A stretch of 63,749 nucleotides of DNA, filler included, from Collodictyon triciliatum (taxonomy: Eukaryota), in assembly GCA_043381765.1 (NCBI GenBank). It is 5 parts of 5 records of this genome, joined end to end, with 100 filler letters (N's around TTAATTAATTAA, not from the genome) between each part and the next. Parts side by side here need not be neighbours in the genome. Positions count along the whole stretch, not along the records: positions 60,225 to 63,749 come from JBHJMP010000416.1; 4 more parts are not named here. The stretch is one strand, 5' to 3'. This document shows, one piece after another, positions 60,419 through 63,749 of this stretch (position 1 is the stretch's first letter; the number at the start of each line of letters is the position of its first letter). Made by a program: the position numbers and the translations under genes. Under the pieces are notes generated by a model. That model had not been told where the DNA came from and did no database searches. It saw only the letters and a program-made list of their open reading frames with translations.

Positions 60419-62981
60419 CAAAGAGTGTCTTTGCGACCCGGTCAGTGGATTGATTCCAGACCGATATTGTGTTGTTATATGAGCCTGTTATCACTGTGTT
60501 TGATGAAAATTGTGCTGATGATATTCTACGATATGTTGCATGTAGTAAGAAAAATATCGATTCATCAATGTATAATAATTGCACACTGAGAAGGAGCATT
60601 TATAAATTACCTTTTTGAGGGACAACAAGAGTGTATATTTAGATTCTATCTTTCTTCCATCAGTAAAGAAAAAAAAAAGCAAATGTTACTTGCCGTTCGA
60701 AGACTCTGCAAAAACATTAGCCGATATTCTCTTATCATTGTGTTGCTCCTCGCCCAATGGTACTCGATTCTCGGCCGCTCGTAAGAGTGACCTTGAAGGA
60801 TATGGATTCCTCTCTTCTGATAAAGGAGGGACAACTTGATTATAAAATCACAAAGTATCCAAAATGTGGTGAGAAATGAAGGGAATATCATATCTTGGTT
60901 GAGCTTAGTATCAGACATCCGATTTTCACCTAGTTGTTCACAATCAACCTTAACACCGTCCAAGGATATTGAATTCAAAATCAGCGAAGACGTTGTGAAT
61001 GGACTGATTATGTGCTGAGCAAAGTGTATGATGATTGAATCTAAATAATTTTTTGGATTAAAAAAGAGGTAAGTATAAAAGTCATAGGTAAAATTCAAGA
61101 AAAAGTTTATCACACTCGTAAACGTAAATACAATTGCACATATGGAGATATTACAGTCATTATCTTTGTGTGTGTCTTTAGGTAAAAAAAGAAAGAAAAA
61201 CTCACTGTGATCCACAATTGCGGGGATGAAATAGAGGATAGGGTCATCTGACCCATTTATTGCGCGGATGCAAGTGCCATCTTTCAAGTTCCACAACATG
61301 ATTAAACCGCTTTGACAAGTAATCAGTGTTTTCGAATCTACACATGAAAGAGAAGAGTCACATTTCAAGATTAACCTCATCTCAATATTTTTGAATGAGA
61401 AATCTTAAAGAAAAAAAGCTTTAAATGAAAATTTAAATATTAAAAAAAAAAAAAAGACGGACCAGAGAAAAGCACATCCATGCAGCTTATTTCGGGACCA
61501 GAATGCCTCAACTGATGCTGTAGTTTACTTTCATGCATATTCCATGATACAAGTCTCCCATCCGAGCAGGTTGTGACCAATGAGAACTTTGAGACATGAA
61601 TGCTAAATTCAGAATAGTTGTTTTTTTTTTTAAAAAAAAAACTCTACATATAATTAATTAAAACGCCCAGTATTAGCGGCATCTTTGGTTTCAAAAGTTG
61701 TTGATGCAAACCATCTTATCTGGCTAGTATGTAAGGATAACCGAACTGCAGAGTATGTATGTGAGTTTCTTGTCAGTAATTCCACCACTCCGTCGCTCAA
61801 ACCACTATCAGATTAGACGATTACTTTCAGCTTTTTCATTCATGTCTGCATTCAAGAGTTATGGAAAAGAAATTCGGCGGTGAATAAAAGCAGGGATTGA
61901 AACATTATCAATTTTGGAGGTCGATGGGAAATCATCCGGGCATGTTATATTCAAGATATTCCTCGCGATTCAACATACCATGCCACATATTCTCCACACG
62001 AGTGCAACGCTGTTACTTGACAATCATTCTTGATGACGCATCTCGCCTGTAATCGAAATAATAATTAACTCATATATTACCGATATAATAGATACCTCTA
62101 TTCTTTACTTTTATCATCCAGTTGGCTACTGCAAATATTACGAAGAGGTTATACTTACGTAATAGTTTCCTTTCTTCCAGTTGTACTTTGATTTATACAA
62201 TAATTTCCATACATGATCTGCTGAGCTTTTTCCAGACCACTCGTGAAAGTGCTGCGAATAAAGATTCATCCAAAGCTGATTCTTTTCAGCAAGTTCGCGC
62301 AGCCGGTGGGAAACCTTCAATGATTTACAATGATTAAATCTTGAGTAAAAAAGAGAATAAAAAAAGAGAATAAAAAAAAGAGAATAAAAAAAAGAGAATA
62401 AAAAAAAGAGAATAAAAANNNNNNNNNNNNNNNNNNNNNNNNNNNNNNNNNNNNNNNNNNNNNNNNNNNNNNNNNNNNNNNNNNNNNNNNNNNNNNNNNN
62501 NNNNNNNNNNNNNNNNNNAGATAAAAAAAAGAGATAAAAAAAGAGAGATAAAAAAAGAGATAAAAAAAGAGATAAAAAAAGAGATAAAAAAAGAGAGATA
62601 AAAAAGAGAGATAAAAAAGAGAGATAAAAAAAGAGAGTAATAAAAGGAAAAGAAAAAAACAAAACAAGGAAAGAAGAACGTGAAGCTGTTTACACTGAGG
62701 TCGAAGAGAAACGTGCAAAAAACTCCAACGAACGACAAAGGACCCAAACAAAGCAAAACCTGCGCCACACGACACAGCGTCTTGCAGTCCAGAAAAGAGA
62801 GCACAAGCAGCAGAATCTCCGACGGCAACTGATGCAAACGCGCCTCACTCGACCGAAACCGCTTCCGCGCAACTTCTCTCACTACTCTCTCTATTCTTTC
62901 TTCTTCTCCTTCTTCTTCTTCCTCCTCGCGGGCCTTCTGCTTGCGCCTCTGCGCTGTTTGGCGCAGCCGAGCGCGATTCAT
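60419..62981 (-). CDS. F-box/WD40-repeat protein (3' end interrupted by the scaffold join; may continue to ~59520)
   Basis: F-box LHQLPSEILLLVLSFLDCKTLCRVAQ|VSHRLRELAEKNQLW; WKLLYK..NWKKG; WD-like repeats ending LVSWN, IMLWNLKDGTCI and TGSYNNTISVWN. Confidence 0.9.
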
Positions 62982-63287
62982 CTTCCAGTACCGGAATATG
63001 GGCGCACCAGTGAAAAAAAAATAGAAGCTTTCTGGCGCAAAGATATGATCTCGAACTGGCTACTGAACCATCTTGCGAGCCTGTCTGTTCCCTTGGCATG
63101 GACATTTCTGGAACGCATCCAGACTCTGCGTTCGTGTATTCGGCCGCCTGAATGTTGCATTTTTTCTGAACTCTCTTTATCTTTCCCTTCTTTTTTTCCC
63201 TTTATTTTATTAAAGACATGCTGTGGTTGCGCGAGGGTGAGTCTGGTATATGCTGTCCGATTGCGGAGGATTTCCCAGTCTCTTTCA

Positions 63288-63641
63288 TCAGGATTCGGTG
63301 GGCAAGTCTACGACGTCATCGTCGAAGGGGTAATCAAACGCTGCGGTGCGGAGAAACTCAATGGCGTTTGTGCGTGCGAGTTCTTTGGAGACGCGGACAA
63401 TGCTGTCAAAATCGCGCTGGGCAAAGGACCCGGAGAAAAGGCGCATGGACGCCATCGTCAAAGGGGTGTGCGGATGCTCGGCTTCGCGCGTGCGTGGCTG
63501 CAGACTTGCTTGAATCCAGCGGTGGAAGGCAATGAGAGGGCGCAGATTCTCCGGGATGATGCGCAGCTCCAGGCCTTCGTTGTCCGGGTCGTCCAGAGGG
63601 ACGCCTGGGCCGAGGATTCGGATGCTTTCGCCGGCCTCGTC
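63288..63641 (-). CDS. Terminal exon (118 codons) of an unidentified gene extending beyond the window
   Basis: After a pyrimidine tract and AAG acceptor, a GC-rich stop-free frame reads DEAGESIRILGPG...ENLRPLIAFHRWIQ...DLPTES*. Confidence 0.6.
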   Translation of the reverse strand, partial: DEAGESIRILGPGVPLDDPDNEGLELRIIPENLRPLIAFHRWIQASLQPRTREAEHPHTPLTMASMRLFSGSFAQRDFDSIVRVSKELARTNAIEFLRTAAFDYPFDDDVVDLPTES

Positions 63642-63749
63642 CTTCGGAGGAAAGAAAAGAGAGAAAAGAGAGAAAAGAGAGAAAAGAGAGAAAAGAGAGA
63701 AAAGAGAGAAAAGAGAGAAAAGAGAGAAAAGAGAGAAAAGAGAGAAAAG

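Noticed and set aside
60960-60970. ATATCCTT on the minus strand as a possible AT-AC donor
   Set aside because: It falls inside an open exon (NSISLDG) of the F-box gene that is bounded by normal AG/GT sites.

Overview
Eukaryotic, intron-rich genomic DNA, most likely from a protist. It uses the standard genetic code and carries both an archaeal/metazoan-type RtcB and histidinol dehydrogenase. The window is a draft scaffold with N gaps and four artificial N-TTAATTAATTAA-N joins. Hand-spliced gene models recover a CTL/SLC44 choline-transporter-like gene, a TRAFD1/XAF1-like zinc-finger gene, ZRANB2, HID1, CIAO1 (3' end missing), a PH-domain gene, hisD (5' end missing), RtcB, an F-box/WD40 gene, a Ser-Gln mucin-like membrane protein, an NPF/FG-repeat protein and several hypothetical genes. 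Four signals stand out. (1) A decayed Fanzor (eukaryotic TnpB-like RNA-guided nuclease) keeps its RuvC D-E-D triad and is followed by a hairpin-rich omega-RNA-like segment. (2) A dispersed family of ultra-short (about 22-44 bp) poly(A)-tailed insertions ends in TTTGAATCGAATAAAGG(A)n, and most copies sit between 14-17 bp target-site duplications. (3) Splicing is unusual: an AT-AC intron lacking the U12 donor consensus, U12-type GT-AG introns, GC-AG introns, many AAG acceptors and degenerate donors. (4) An orphan Ulp1/SENP-like fragment lies antisense to a gene end. All splicing and homology calls were made by eye, with no database searches.
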